Of a DNA stretch of 64,000 nucleotides, positions 48,309-57,947 are shown piece after piece (position 1 is the stretch's first letter; each line of letters starts with the position of its first letter). This stretch comes from Candidatus Aenigmatarchaeota archaeon (GTDB lineage Archaea > Aenigmatarchaeota > Aenigmatarchaeia > CG10238-14 > SCSR01), in NCBI GenBank assembly GCA_038999725.1, contig JAWBWS010000003.1:1-64000 (forward strand). Direction: 5' to 3'. The position numbers and the translations under genes were made by a program. Under the pieces are notes generated by a model. The model did not search any database and was not told where the DNA came from. It saw nothing but the letters and a program-made list of their open reading frames with translations.

Positions 48309-49324
48309 ACTTTTTCTCCCCTCAAAATTTCAGACCATCCAAAAGGTTTCATCAATTTTATAATTATATCATCAGAAACTTTTCTGATATTTTTTTGAAC
48401 ATAATTTCTTTTCCTTATCAAAATTTTAAGATTAAAGAAGTTCCACAAAATTGCTTTCATTGTTGCTTTAGCTTGGTCAAAGCGACGAATCATAAGATAA
48501 TAAAATACCGAGGCAAAATATACTACCAAAGTTATAGGCAACCACCTAATTAAATTTTTCATTTCATAACATTTTATTATAGTTTGTATAATATTTTTTC
48601 TTCCATGAAAAGCGACAAACTCAACTGGAAGCTTTTTCATCGTAGCCGATCTCTTATGTAAAACAACAGATTTAGGAACATAAACAATTTTATATCCTGC
48701 CAACCAAATTCTAAGAGACGAGTCAGTATCATCATGGAGAATTACATAATCGTCGTCAAAAAATTTACCTCCAATTTCGTTTATCAAATTTTTTCTAAAC
48801 AATACTGGAGTTTGCCATATTAGACATATATCTGGTTTATCATCATTTAAATCGGTAGCTCCTACCACAATTCCTGCTGGATTTATCGTTATTCCTCTTG
48901 CATCTATTTCATTTAGATTATTCCATTTAAGCTTCTTACCAAAGACTGCTCCGATTGTTTTATCTTTTTCTATTATTTCTACTAGCTTCGTTAACCAATC
49001 TGAGCGTAAAGCTTTATCATCGTTATTTACTAGACATATGTATTCTCCAGTAGCATAAGTTATTCCGGCATTACATCCGCCGGCAAATCCTAAGTTCTCT
49101 TTATTCCTTACTATTTTTGTTTTTATATTCGGATATTTTCTAAAAAGTTTTTCCACAAATTCAACACTTTTATCATAAGAAGCATTATCAACAAAAATGA
49201 ACTCTAATTCTGGATAATCTGTTTTCAAAAAGGATTCTACTGCTTCTAAAAGTTCTTTCTTTCCTGAATACATTTCTCCATTATAATTTACCATAATAAT
49301 TGATACTTTTTTCATTTTATCCAT
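48296..49324 (-). CDS. GT2 glycosyltransferase
   Basis: VDNASYD, NLGFAGG.N, VNND, DDTD. Confidence 0.9.
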   Translation of the reverse strand: MDKMKKVSIIMVNYNGEMYSGKKELLEAVESFLKTDYPELEFIFVDNASYDKSVEFVEKLFRKYPNIKTKIVRNKENLGFAGGCNAGITYATGEYICLVNNDDKALRSDWLTKLVEIIEKDKTIGAVFGKKLKWNNLNEIDARGITINPAGIVVGATDLNDDKPDICLIWQTPVLFRKNLINEIGGKFFDDDYVILHDDTDSSLRIWLAGYKIVYVPKSVVLHKRSATMKKLPVEFVAFHGRKNIIQTIIKCYEMKNLIRWLPITLVVYFASVFYYLMIRRFDQAKATMKAILWNFFNLKILIRKRNYVQKNIRKVSDDIIIKLMKPFGWSEILRGEKVWPR

Positions 49325-50402
49325 TAGTTAATTCTAGAATTTTTTTATTTAATTCATCGAAGTTGTCAGTAATTATAATATTTTTAAATTTTTCAAATCC
49401 TCTCGCACCCATTTCTGTTGAAATAATTGGTTTATTAAATTTTAAATAATCGAAAATTTTTATTTCAACACCAGTATCACAGATGGTTTTTGGATTTATA
49501 AAAGCGTCGCAAAGGCTTAGATACGAATCTAGATCTTTCACAAAGCCTTTAAGAATAACATTACTAGGTATATTCTCTCTTTTTTTGAACACATCACAAA
49601 CTTTTCCCAATATTAAAAAGACAATGTTTTTATCCTCCAGTTTCTTTGCAATCTTAATTATGTTTCTTACACTAATTATGTTAGGCTCAAATTTTGCTCC
49701 TACAAATCCAATTACAAACTTATCCTTCAAAATTTGTTTTAGTTTTTTTGGTGGTTTTAATTTCCTTTTTTTACGAGTGATATAAAATGGTAACAATACA
49801 GATATCTTTTTAGGTGAAACTTTATGATGGATTAGGATTTTTTTATCATTATCTGACAAACAAATGACCAAATTCGATTTTTTAATTGCATCTAATTCTA
49901 TATATCGGATTAACCAAATTAATGGTTTGTATATTTCTTTTCTACCTGTTAATTCGTAAAATAATTTCCACTCAACATTATGTTCATAGAGAGCGCAAGG
50001 AATACCCAAGTTATTAGAAATTTGGGAGATAATTCCTGTAAATGTTGGATAATTAGAAATAATTAGATCTGGTGTCTCTCTTTTTATTAATTCTCTTATT
50101 CTTCTTTTCCATATAAAATCCACTTTAGATATATAGTGAATGAAAATAAAGAAAATCAAATTCAATAACCATCTTTTTTCCGAACTTTGATAGTTCTCAG
50201 ATAAGCCCCTCTTTTTTAAAGAAAAATATTTCATTATTTTGGAGGTAATGGATCCGACATTTGGAAGTGAAAGACATTTTACTTTATAGCCAAGTTTTTC
50301 TTCAAAGAACTTTTTTTGCCTCCAAATAAGAGAGGCTCCGCCGAAAGAATGTTTACTCACTTCTCTATTGCTGTTGGGATGAATTATTAAAATATTTTTC
50401 AT
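49317..50402 (-). CDS. GT4 (GT-B) glycosyltransferase
   Basis: EHNVE, G...KIFDYL...KPIIST..GARG. Confidence 0.85.
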   Translation of the reverse strand: MKNILIIHPNSNREVSKHSFGGASLIWRQKKFFEEKLGYKVKCLSLPNVGSITSKIMKYFSLKKRGLSENYQSSEKRWLLNLIFFIFIHYISKVDFIWKRRIRELIKRETPDLIISNYPTFTGIISQISNNLGIPCALYEHNVEWKLFYELTGRKEIYKPLIWLIRYIELDAIKKSNLVICLSDNDKKILIHHKVSPKKISVLLPFYITRKKRKLKPPKKLKQILKDKFVIGFVGAKFEPNIISVRNIIKIAKKLEDKNIVFLILGKVCDVFKKRENIPSNVILKGFVKDLDSYLSLCDAFINPKTICDTGVEIKIFDYLKFNKPIISTEMGARGFEKFKNIIITDNFDELNKKILELTNG

Positions 50403-50426
50403 CCCCTCACCTTACTCACCAAATAT
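50398..50426. repeat. 29-bp direct repeat, copy 1
   Basis: TTCATCCCCTCACCTTACTCACCAAATAT. Confidence 0.92.
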
Positions 50427-50466
50427 AGAAAAGAGAGATTTCCATAGAGAAGAGAATCTACCTCCA

Positions 50467-51255
50467 TTATAGTTTAGTAAAATAATACTCACTAAGGGCA
50501 TTTTTTTCACGCTTCACCCCATCCCTAATGATAAGCCAGGCCTTTAGTAAATTTTCTGGGTCATTAATATTTATGTTTATTCCATCTATAAATTCGCCAT
50601 AAGCTTTTCCATCTTTGGCAATTAATTTAATAGTGTTAGTAATTTCTCTTTCATTTCTCGGTGGGGCTATTGGGGTTTTCTCTATATAATCAAATATTTT
50701 TGTGTTAAAGACATATATTCCAGTGCCTCTAATTTTTGAGATAATTTTCTGTGGCTTTTCTACTATTTCAATAATTTGATTATCTTTATTGAGTTTAACA
50801 CAACAAGTAGATCTAAGGGTGTTTTCATCATTTTCACTTACTAAACCTTCAACTACTATCGCCTTTTTTTGAAAAAATGTTTCTATCAAATTTTGGAGGG
50901 AAGCTGTTATTGTGCAGTCGTCTCCAAGAATAGTAATAAATGGTTCATTAATGAAATCCTTCACAGAATAGATGGTTGAAGCTATACCGCGTGTTGGCCT
51001 TTTTAATTCTATCAAATGAATTTTGGCATTTATAAATTCTTTTGTCTTTTTAAAATACTCTCTAAATTTTTCTTTGTGATAAAAAATAGGTATATATATT
51101 TCTTTAACCCCAACTTTTAACATATTTTCTATTATGTAATGAATTATTGGCTTGTCGTAAAGCGGGAATAGCGGTTTTGGTAAAATATGACTTAAATATC
51201 CCATCCTTTTTCCTTTTCCAGCAGAAGGTATTACGCCAATTTTTATTTTATTCAT
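50467..51255 (-). CDS. Sugar-1-phosphate nucleotidyltransferase (RmlA/GalU-like)
   Basis: AGKGKR....LPKP, LGDD, VEKP, EREIT. Confidence 0.9.
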   Translation of the reverse strand: MNKIKIGVIPSAGKGKRMGYLSHILPKPLFPLYDKPIIHYIIENMLKVGVKEIYIPIFYHKEKFREYFKKTKEFINAKIHLIELKRPTRGIASTIYSVKDFINEPFITILGDDCTITASLQNLIETFFQKKAIVVEGLVSENDENTLRSTCCVKLNKDNQIIEIVEKPQKIISKIRGTGIYVFNTKIFDYIEKTPIAPPRNEREITNTIKLIAKDGKAYGEFIDGINININDPENLLKAWLIIRDGVKREKNALSEYYFTKL

Positions 51256-51277
51256 CTTTCCCCGCCTTTCTTAAATC

Positions 51278-51982
51278 TTACTTTTTTGCTGAAACATATA
51301 AAAATCTTGAAAATGCAGATCCAAATAATATCTTTAAAAGTTGTTCTGTCCATAAAATAATTTTTAGAAGAAATTTATTTGAAGTTTTATATAAAATGTC
51401 AGGTAATTTTGGACCATATTCTATTCGATTTATAGAAAAATTGTTTTTCCTAAGAATTTTTAATAACTCGCTTTTAGATACTCGATTATAAGGAAGTTTG
51501 TGAAAAACATTCGCTCTATTTATTGAATATTTATTTGGCATTGAAAATACAAATATACCATCTCTTTTAAGAACTCTGTTAATTTCATTTAGAACATATC
51601 CTAAATTATTAACATATTTTAATACCCTAATTGCGTAAATGAAGTCAAAGGCTTCATCCCTAAAAGACAATCCTTTAGAAATATCGCATTTTAATATATT
51701 AACAAATCTAAATCTTTTTAGTTTTTCTTTGCATCTATTAACCATTTCTTCGGATATATCTACCCCCGTAAATCTCACATTTTTTTTCACAACTTCTTTA
51801 GAAATTCTGCCAGGTCCAGTACCAATTTCTAAAACATTAATTTTATTTTTTCTGCTTGGAAGATTTGATAAAACAAAATTTATTTCATTTTTGCTTATAA
51901 TCTCCATTCCTTGCGCTCTATATGAATCCAGATACTTTTCACCTAAATAATTATAATATTTTTTGACATCCACTTTAATCAC
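51278..51982 (-). CDS. Class I SAM-dependent methyltransferase
   Basis: VLEIGTGPG, VDIS, FDFI, RVLK.DG. Confidence 0.92.
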   Translation of the reverse strand: MIKVDVKKYYNYLGEKYLDSYRAQGMEIISKNEINFVLSNLPSRKNKINVLEIGTGPGRISKEVVKKNVRFTGVDISEEMVNRCKEKLKRFRFVNILKCDISKGLSFRDEAFDFIYAIRVLKYVNNLGYVLNEINRVLKRDGIFVFSMPNKYSINRANVFHKLPYNRVSKSELLKILRKNNFSINRIEYGPKLPDILYKTSNKFLLKIILWTEQLLKILFGSAFSRFLYVSAKK

Positions 51983-52878
51983 TCAAAATATTTTTCTGGG
52001 TTTGAAGTTATAATAATTTCATTATTTCTTATCATTCTACAAATAATATCATAGCATTTTTTTTCTAGATTTACATAATTCAAATTTTGAAAATAAAGAA
52101 TTGCATGAATGAATTTGTCATTATCATATGGGATTCTTTTTGAATATATCTTTAATAAATTAATTAATGTATTTTCATTTTTTACATTAAATTGATTTTT
52201 TATCTTTTCAGGTATAATGAAAAGGAGTTTATTTATTTTAGCCTCTTTTTTGGAGTTATTAACCAATTTCTTGATATTGACATTAAAAAATTTGTGATCA
52301 TTCGGAGGAAGTAGATAAACTTTTTCTCCATCCGTCAATATAATATCCTCAGAGATATATTTAGCACCTTTCTTAAGTAAATTTTCAACGAGTAGCGTCT
52401 TACCTGTTCTCGAAGGAGAAAAAATTAATATCGTTTTTTGATCGTACTCTAAACTTGCACCATGAATAAACAAAAGATTTTTCTCTAAAAGTAAATCAAG
52501 CGCTATAATATTGGAAAGATGTAAGCCTATTGGCCAAATTTGTCCTAATTCGAAAGGTATAGATAGACTTAAACGATTAGCTATAATAGTTTTTTTCTTT
52601 AAATTATAAGAAAATCTGAATGATACAGGACCAATTTTTCGTATATAATATATTGTACTGTTTTTTAGAACATAATATTGATACTTAGCATTTGGTTCTT
52701 TTGGAATCTTCACCTCTCCTATTTTAAAATAATATTTATAATTTGCATAAAAATTGAAAAAATTAAGTAAAAAGTTATTATATTCCTCGTTATATTTACA
52801 GATTGCAAAACCTTTGAGAGGTAGAATTTCTGTTTGAATTTCTACTATATCCGGAGAAATAACCCATCTATAGTTCAT
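51979..52878 (-). CDS. HPr-kinase-like P-loop kinase
   Basis: IHGAS, SPSRTGKT, GAKYISED. Confidence 0.7.
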   Translation of the reverse strand: MNYRWVISPDIVEIQTEILPLKGFAICKYNEEYNNFLLNFFNFYANYKYYFKIGEVKIPKEPNAKYQYYVLKNSTIYYIRKIGPVSFRFSYNLKKKTIIANRLSLSIPFELGQIWPIGLHLSNIIALDLLLEKNLLFIHGASLEYDQKTILIFSPSRTGKTLLVENLLKKGAKYISEDIILTDGEKVYLLPPNDHKFFNVNIKKLVNNSKKEAKINKLLFIIPEKIKNQFNVKNENTLINLLKIYSKRIPYDNDKFIHAILYFQNLNYVNLEKKCYDIICRMIRNNEIIITSNPEKYFE

Positions 52879-52902
52879 CCCCTCACCTTACTCACCAAAT
52901 AT
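52874..52902. repeat. 29-bp direct repeat, copy 2
   Basis: Identical to 50398-50426; here it encodes the GT2 C-terminus and the ATGA overlap. Confidence 0.92.
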
Positions 52903-53735
52903 CCCAATCCTGCTGAAAAATATCCTGTATAGTAACCAATTGCTTTTATTAGTAGTAAAAGGTGAGATTGTAAACCTAATTTCCAATCCTTTAAAGCTCC
53001 CTTCCTTAGTCTGACCTTTTTCTTTAATAAGTCTTTATAGTACCCACTTTTAATAAGATCATAAGTTGATCTTCCATATCTATAATTCTTTTTAACTAAA
53101 CTCCATAAACTGTTTGGCTCAATATGCCAACAAGCATCTGGAAGGATGCCAACCTTTTGAGAAATCTTATACGCTTCATAATATATTATCGCATGATCAT
53201 GAGCAATTACACTAGGAAATAACTTTCTTGGGATTTTTTTAAATGCATTTTCTAAAATTTCTCTTTTGTAAAATCTAGCTAGTAGAACACCTTCTAATGG
53301 GTCTATATGAATTTTTGAAAGTTTATGAGTAAGTCGTCTATCAGCATCAAAAAGCTTTTGAATCAATGAATTAGGTTCGTAAGTAAATTCCTCAAGAACA
53401 AGCATATCATAGTTTTTCATTAATTCCAAAGCTCTTTTAATTACACTTTCATTTTTTAGAATCTGATCAGAATCCATCATTAGGATAAAACTTCCTTTAG
53501 ATTTTTCAAAGCCTAAATATCTTGCTCCAAGAAGTTTCCAATTGGTCTGAATAATATCTACTCCAAATTCTTTAGAAATTTTAACTGTTCTATCAGAACT
53601 AGAAGAGTCGACAACAATAACCTCAATATTATTATAACTCTGATTTTTAATGCTCTCTAAGCACTTAGCCAAGGTTTTTTCTGAATTGTAAGTTGGAATT
53701 ACAATTGAAACTAATGGCTTGGAAGCATTTTTCAT
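52875..53735 (-). CDS. GT2 glycosyltransferase
   Basis: SIVIPTYN, VDSSSSD, DSD. Confidence 0.92.
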   Translation of the reverse strand: MKNASKPLVSIVIPTYNSEKTLAKCLESIKNQSYNNIEVIVVDSSSSDRTVKISKEFGVDIIQTNWKLLGARYLGFEKSKGSFILMMDSDQILKNESVIKRALELMKNYDMLVLEEFTYEPNSLIQKLFDADRRLTHKLSKIHIDPLEGVLLARFYKREILENAFKKIPRKLFPSVIAHDHAIIYYEAYKISQKVGILPDACWHIEPNSLWSLVKKNYRYGRSTYDLIKSGYYKDLLKKKVRLRKGALKDWKLGLQSHLLLLIKAIGYYTGYFSAGLGYLVSKVRG

Positions 53736-53760
53736 ATTATAAAATAGTTAAGCAAATTAA

Positions 53761-53874
53761 TATAAAAGGTGTGGAAGTCTTGTGATAATTACATGGGGTT
53801 ATGAAGACGAGATTAAAATTGGGAACAAGAAAATTGTTTTCAAGCCATTATGGAAATGGTTTTTGAATATTTAG
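53761..53874 (+). pseudogene. C-terminal remnant of an AAA+/DUF4143-type archaeal ATPase
   Basis: LVIITWGYEDEIKIGNKKIVFKPLWKWFLNI*, with no plausible gene body upstream. Confidence 0.55.
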
Positions 53875-53898
53875 ATAATTTAAGATTGTTGTTATTTT

Positions 53899-54984
53899 TC
53901 ACTTCTTTTTTATAACCATTTTTATAATCTTCTCGAACTCTTTAGCACTTCTATCCCAATCAAACTTCCTAGCCCATTCCAAAGCATTCTTACTCAATTT
54001 ACTCCTTAGCTTCTCATCCTCTAAAACTTTTATTATGGTTTGAGCCAAAGCCTTGGGATTGTTTTCAACCAACATTCCATTGTAATTATCTTTCAAAGAG
54101 TCCCTTAACCCCGGAACATCGTAAGCTATGGCTGGTGTCGCTAATGCATTAGCATCTGTAACAACTTGCCCCCAACCTTCCCTTACTCCAGGCACGACAA
54201 TAACCCAAGCCTTTTTCATCAACTCAATTTTCTTTTTTTCATCTAAATATCCAAAAAACCTAACTTCCCCCGTTGATATTTTTTCCAATTTTCTTCTCAA
54301 ATAGCCATCGCCGACCATCCATAATCTAACATCGCTCATCCTTCTCCTCACAATCTTAAAAGCTTCCAAGACATCTTGAGGCTTTTTTGCCCTTTTCATC
54401 CTCCCAACAAAAATTATTGTTGGTTTCTCGGCTTTTTTTGGAGGTTTTTTAAGAGGCTTAACATTTGCCCCATTGTGAACAATAAAGACTTTTTTAAACC
54501 CTAAGCTCAGCAAATCCATTTTTGTGCTTTCTGAAACGGTGATTGTTGGGATATCAATGTAATTCTTTAACCACTTGTTCTCGAGCCAGTAATAGCCAAT
54601 CCAACTTATTGGAAAAGATGTCTCATAAAACCAAAATTCCCTTGCTAGCTGATGAATTAGACAAATTACTTTCTCCCCCCTGACAAACTTTGGGGCAAAA
54701 AATGGTATTGTGTTGATTTCATCTATTACTACATCAAACCCCTCTTTAGAGAAATACTTTTTGTAATATTCTTTCGCCTTTAAGTAGAGGGAATACTTTC
54801 CACCCTTTCTAACAATTCTTATCCCCTCTAGGGACTCCTCTTTCTTACAGCCTGGAAATTCTGAGGTAAAGAGTGTGACTTCATTCCCTTTTGCTATCCT
54901 CTTGAAAATTTCATGTGTGTATCTCTCTGCTCCCCCAGCCTCAGGATTTTTTATGTCTCTCCAATTGAACACCAATATCTTCAT
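53899..54984 (-). CDS. GT4 glycosyltransferase
   Basis: NWRD...P.AGGAE, REGWG, YDVPGLRDS. Confidence 0.93.
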   Translation of the reverse strand: MKILVFNWRDIKNPEAGGAERYTHEIFKRIAKGNEVTLFTSEFPGCKKEESLEGIRIVRKGGKYSLYLKAKEYYKKYFSKEGFDVVIDEINTIPFFAPKFVRGEKVICLIHQLAREFWFYETSFPISWIGYYWLENKWLKNYIDIPTITVSESTKMDLLSLGFKKVFIVHNGANVKPLKKPPKKAEKPTIIFVGRMKRAKKPQDVLEAFKIVRRRMSDVRLWMVGDGYLRRKLEKISTGEVRFFGYLDEKKKIELMKKAWVIVVPGVREGWGQVVTDANALATPAIAYDVPGLRDSLKDNYNGMLVENNPKALAQTIIKVLEDEKLRSKLSKNALEWARKFDWDRSAKEFEKIIKMVIKKK

Positions 54985-55712
54985 TTCCTCAACCCATCAT
55001 AATATCTTAAAATCTTCAAACGATAGAAGATTGCAGCAGTATCCAAAACAATCCTCATCACATCCCTTACCTTAACTCTACTACCAATCCTTTGAAAGTG
55101 TAATTCAACAGGAGCTTCAACAATTCTGAATCCTCTGTGGTTAGCGTTGACGAGCAACTCCAAGTCAAAAGCATATTTCTTGCACAAAACTCTTGGGAAA
55201 ACTTCTTTCAAGACCTTATATTTAAAGAGTTTTAAGCCAGCTTGTGTATCTCTTACACTCAAATTAAACAAAAATTTTGTTATTAATTGATAACCGTAGC
55301 TTAAAATCCTTCTATGTAAAGGATAATCAATTTTTGACAAAGGATGTCTTTTCGAGCCGACAACAACATCTGCACCATACTTCTTCATGAAATCAATAAA
55401 TAAAGGGATTTGTTTAGGATGCAAATCTAAATCAGCATCAATAAAAGTAATGAGTTTTCCGGAACAAAAATTGAACCCATATTTTAAGGCAGACCCCTTG
55501 CCTCCATTTTCTTTCCTAATAACTCTTACCCTTCTATCTCCTCTAGCAGCTTTTATTGCTTCATCGTAAGTGTTATCAGAAGAGCCATCATCAATCACAA
55601 TTATTTCATAGTCCAATCCAGAAGCATCAAGCACTTTCTCTATTTCTCTTATACTCTTGAATATAATCCTACCTTCATTCCAAGCTGGAACTATTACAGA
55701 TAGTTCTTTCAT
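54981..55712 (-). CDS. GT2 polyprenol-phosphate glycosyltransferase (DPM1-like)
   Basis: PAWNE, DDGSSD, NGGKG, DADLD, DTQAGLK; start reassigned. Confidence 0.9.
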   Translation of the reverse strand: MKELSVIVPAWNEGRIIFKSIREIEKVLDASGLDYEIIVIDDGSSDNTYDEAIKAARGDRRVRVIRKENGGKGSALKYGFNFCSGKLITFIDADLDLHPKQIPLFIDFMKKYGADVVVGSKRHPLSKIDYPLHRRILSYGYQLITKFLFNLSVRDTQAGLKLFKYKVLKEVFPRVLCKKYAFDLELLVNANHRGFRIVEAPVELHFQRIGSRVKVRDVMRIVLDTAAIFYRLKILRYYDGLRK

Positions 55713-55843
55713 TTTCACTCTCTCCTTAAATTTAAGTAAGAAAAACAATAAAAAATAATTTCCATCCTTGCTACTCTTGCAGCAAGACAAGCGACTTTTG
55801 TATTGAAAGAAAATAAAGCTTTTGTCAAGAGGCTTCAAACAAG

Positions 55844-57208
55844 TTATGCCAGAAACTGCTCCTCATATTTCTTCAAATACTCCACACTTTTCTTCACATC
55901 AACAAAAAGCTTCTCCACATAAACAACATGCTCTTTCTCTATTCTTTCAGCTTTTTTCTCTTTCGCAACTTCAAAGGCAGGAGCCAACAATTGAATTGCA
56001 TACCTCAAGCTAGTTTTACTACCAATTTCAGTTAGATAATCCAAAGCTTCCTCACTAATCTTAATCTTCTCAGATTTTGCTCTTATCTCCAGAATCTTCC
56101 TAATTTCCTCTTTCTCGTAGGGCTTTGTGTTTATTATCAGCAACCTGTCAAGCAAATCCAAAGGCATGCCATGAGCAGCTTTAATGTCAGTTCCCCTTAT
56201 TGTTGCAAACCCCCTGTTTGTTGCAAAAATTATTATCGGAGCCAATTCCTGCTCCAAAGCCCTATTCAAGAAAGCAAAAGTTTCTATGTCGAGCATGCTA
56301 CATTCGTCAATGAAAACAACCCCTGGTATAAGCTCACATTTACCTTCCTGGACCAAAGTTTTTATGTATTCATCAACCTCCTTCCTAACTTCAGGCTCAA
56401 TTTCTTTTGACTCCTTTCCCCCAAAGAACAAGCTGAAGATATCGCTTCCAGCTCGTGAGCTGGCCACATCCAAAGCATGCAGAGTCACAGGATAAACAAA
56501 CTCTTTCTCTTTCAACACTTTCCCCTTTGGCACAGGCACGGGCTTAACTGTTGTTAGATCAACTTTCTTCTCCTTAGCAGCTTCTTCACTTATACCAACC
56601 TTAACTATTCTGCCACCATCCACATCTATGTTCACAACATCCCCTGTTTCTACACCTTGTTGAATCAATTGAATTGCAAAATTTTGGTCCATGGTTAATT
56701 TCTTGCTTTCATCTTTGGTTGCAATTTTTATTGTTGCCCCAACTGGGATTTGCTGATAAGGATTGTAGGGATGTTGAGCTTTTTCTATCGAAATTTCTTT
56801 AACTTCGCCCTCATATATCTTCCTCATCTCATGAATTCTTGCAGCTATGGCCTTTCTCAATGTTTGTGTGAGAAATTCGGTTTTCTTGATATCTGTGGAA
56901 AAAATTTCACTTGCCGCCAAGTGAACAAATGGAACATCTCTCCCCAATTCCCTTGCTATACCGCTTCCAAGAGCAGTCTTTCCTGTTCCAGGTGGTCCGG
57001 CCAACAAAATTGCTCTTCCAGCAAACTTACCTTCTTTTATCAGCCTAACAATCAAGCCAGCAGCCTCTCTTGCTTCTATTTGGCCAACCATTCCATCTGC
57101 TACTGGCTTTGCCTTCAAACCATCAAGACCCAAGCCTTGGATATGTGAATGAGCAGCAACCCTTTCCCACTCGCGCAGAGATTCGGGGATTTCCCTAATC
57201 TCTGCCAT
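55844..57208 (-). CDS. TIP49/RuvBL AAA+ ATPase
   Basis: AAHSHI.GLGL, GPPGTGKT, SEIFS...KKTE, PGVVFIDE, ATNRG, HGMPLDLLDRL, TSLRYA. Confidence 0.95.
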   Translation of the reverse strand: MAEIREIPESLREWERVAAHSHIQGLGLDGLKAKPVADGMVGQIEAREAAGLIVRLIKEGKFAGRAILLAGPPGTGKTALGSGIARELGRDVPFVHLAASEIFSTDIKKTEFLTQTLRKAIAARIHEMRKIYEGEVKEISIEKAQHPYNPYQQIPVGATIKIATKDESKKLTMDQNFAIQLIQQGVETGDVVNIDVDGGRIVKVGISEEAAKEKKVDLTTVKPVPVPKGKVLKEKEFVYPVTLHALDVASSRAGSDIFSLFFGGKESKEIEPEVRKEVDEYIKTLVQEGKCELIPGVVFIDECSMLDIETFAFLNRALEQELAPIIIFATNRGFATIRGTDIKAAHGMPLDLLDRLLIINTKPYEKEEIRKILEIRAKSEKIKISEEALDYLTEIGSKTSLRYAIQLLAPAFEVAKEKKAERIEKEHVVYVEKLFVDVKKSVEYLKKYEEQFLA

Positions 57209-57212
57209 AACC

Positions 57213-57833
57213 TCACCTTTCAATCTCTATTTTTAGCACACCATCTTTAAATTTTTTACTTATGCTTACATTCTTTGGAATCGGAATCAGTTTGAAATAA
57301 GCCTTATCGCCAGCAAAAGCCTTCACTTCTATACTCTGCTCCAATCTCTTAACCTCTATATCTTCCTCACTTTTAACATCAGGCAGTTTTATAAGTATTA
57401 TCTGTTTGTTTCCTATGGTTTGAACTTCTGACTCAGGCTCTTCTGTAACTTTTGGCACTTTAACTTCCTTCTCCTCTTCTTCAACCTCTTCTACAGCAGG
57501 CCTAACGCCAAGCCTTCTTTTTAGTTCTGGTTCAAGTTTTTTGTATTCACCAGAAGTCTTTATTTCAATTTTTGGTTTCATTCCTCTACCACTGTGAACG
57601 GTTATGCTAATGCCCCCGCCCCTAATCCCAGGCTTTATCTTGAAGCTTGGTATCTTGAAAAAATCAAACCCGAACATCTTGTCTATCTCTTTAAGCTCTT
57701 TATCTATATCATCAAAAATGCTCTCAAAAGGAGCCTCTTCTTCAATCTCCCACCCACAATAAGGGCAAAAATTCCAATCTTCTTTTATTTTTTTACCACA
57801 CTTGGGACAAACCTTTTTTTCAAACATAGACAA
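57213..57833 (-). CDS. Zn-ribbon plus Hsp20/CS-like domain protein
   Basis: CPKCG..WNFCPYCG; C-terminal EPES..IKLPDV..DIEV..F.DGVL.I. Confidence 0.8.
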   Translation of the reverse strand: MSMFEKKVCPKCGKKIKEDWNFCPYCGWEIEEEAPFESIFDDIDKELKEIDKMFGFDFFKIPSFKIKPGIRGGGISITVHSGRGMKPKIEIKTSGEYKKLEPELKRRLGVRPAVEEVEEEEKEVKVPKVTEEPESEVQTIGNKQIILIKLPDVKSEEDIEVKRLEQSIEVKAFAGDKAYFKLIPIPKNVSISKKFKDGVLKIEIER

Positions 57834-57947
57834 CCATCCAATTGTGTTTAAACTTGAAATATTTTTGTTTACAAGATATAAATTTCTTTTACATTCAAAA
57901 CAATTTTCATTTAAATACTTGAAAATAAAAATTTAATTGTGGAAAAA

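Noticed and set aside
55713..55838. N-terminal extension of the DPM1-like GT2
   Set aside because: The conserved domain starts at MKELSVIV (55712); the extension is AT-rich and looks intergenic
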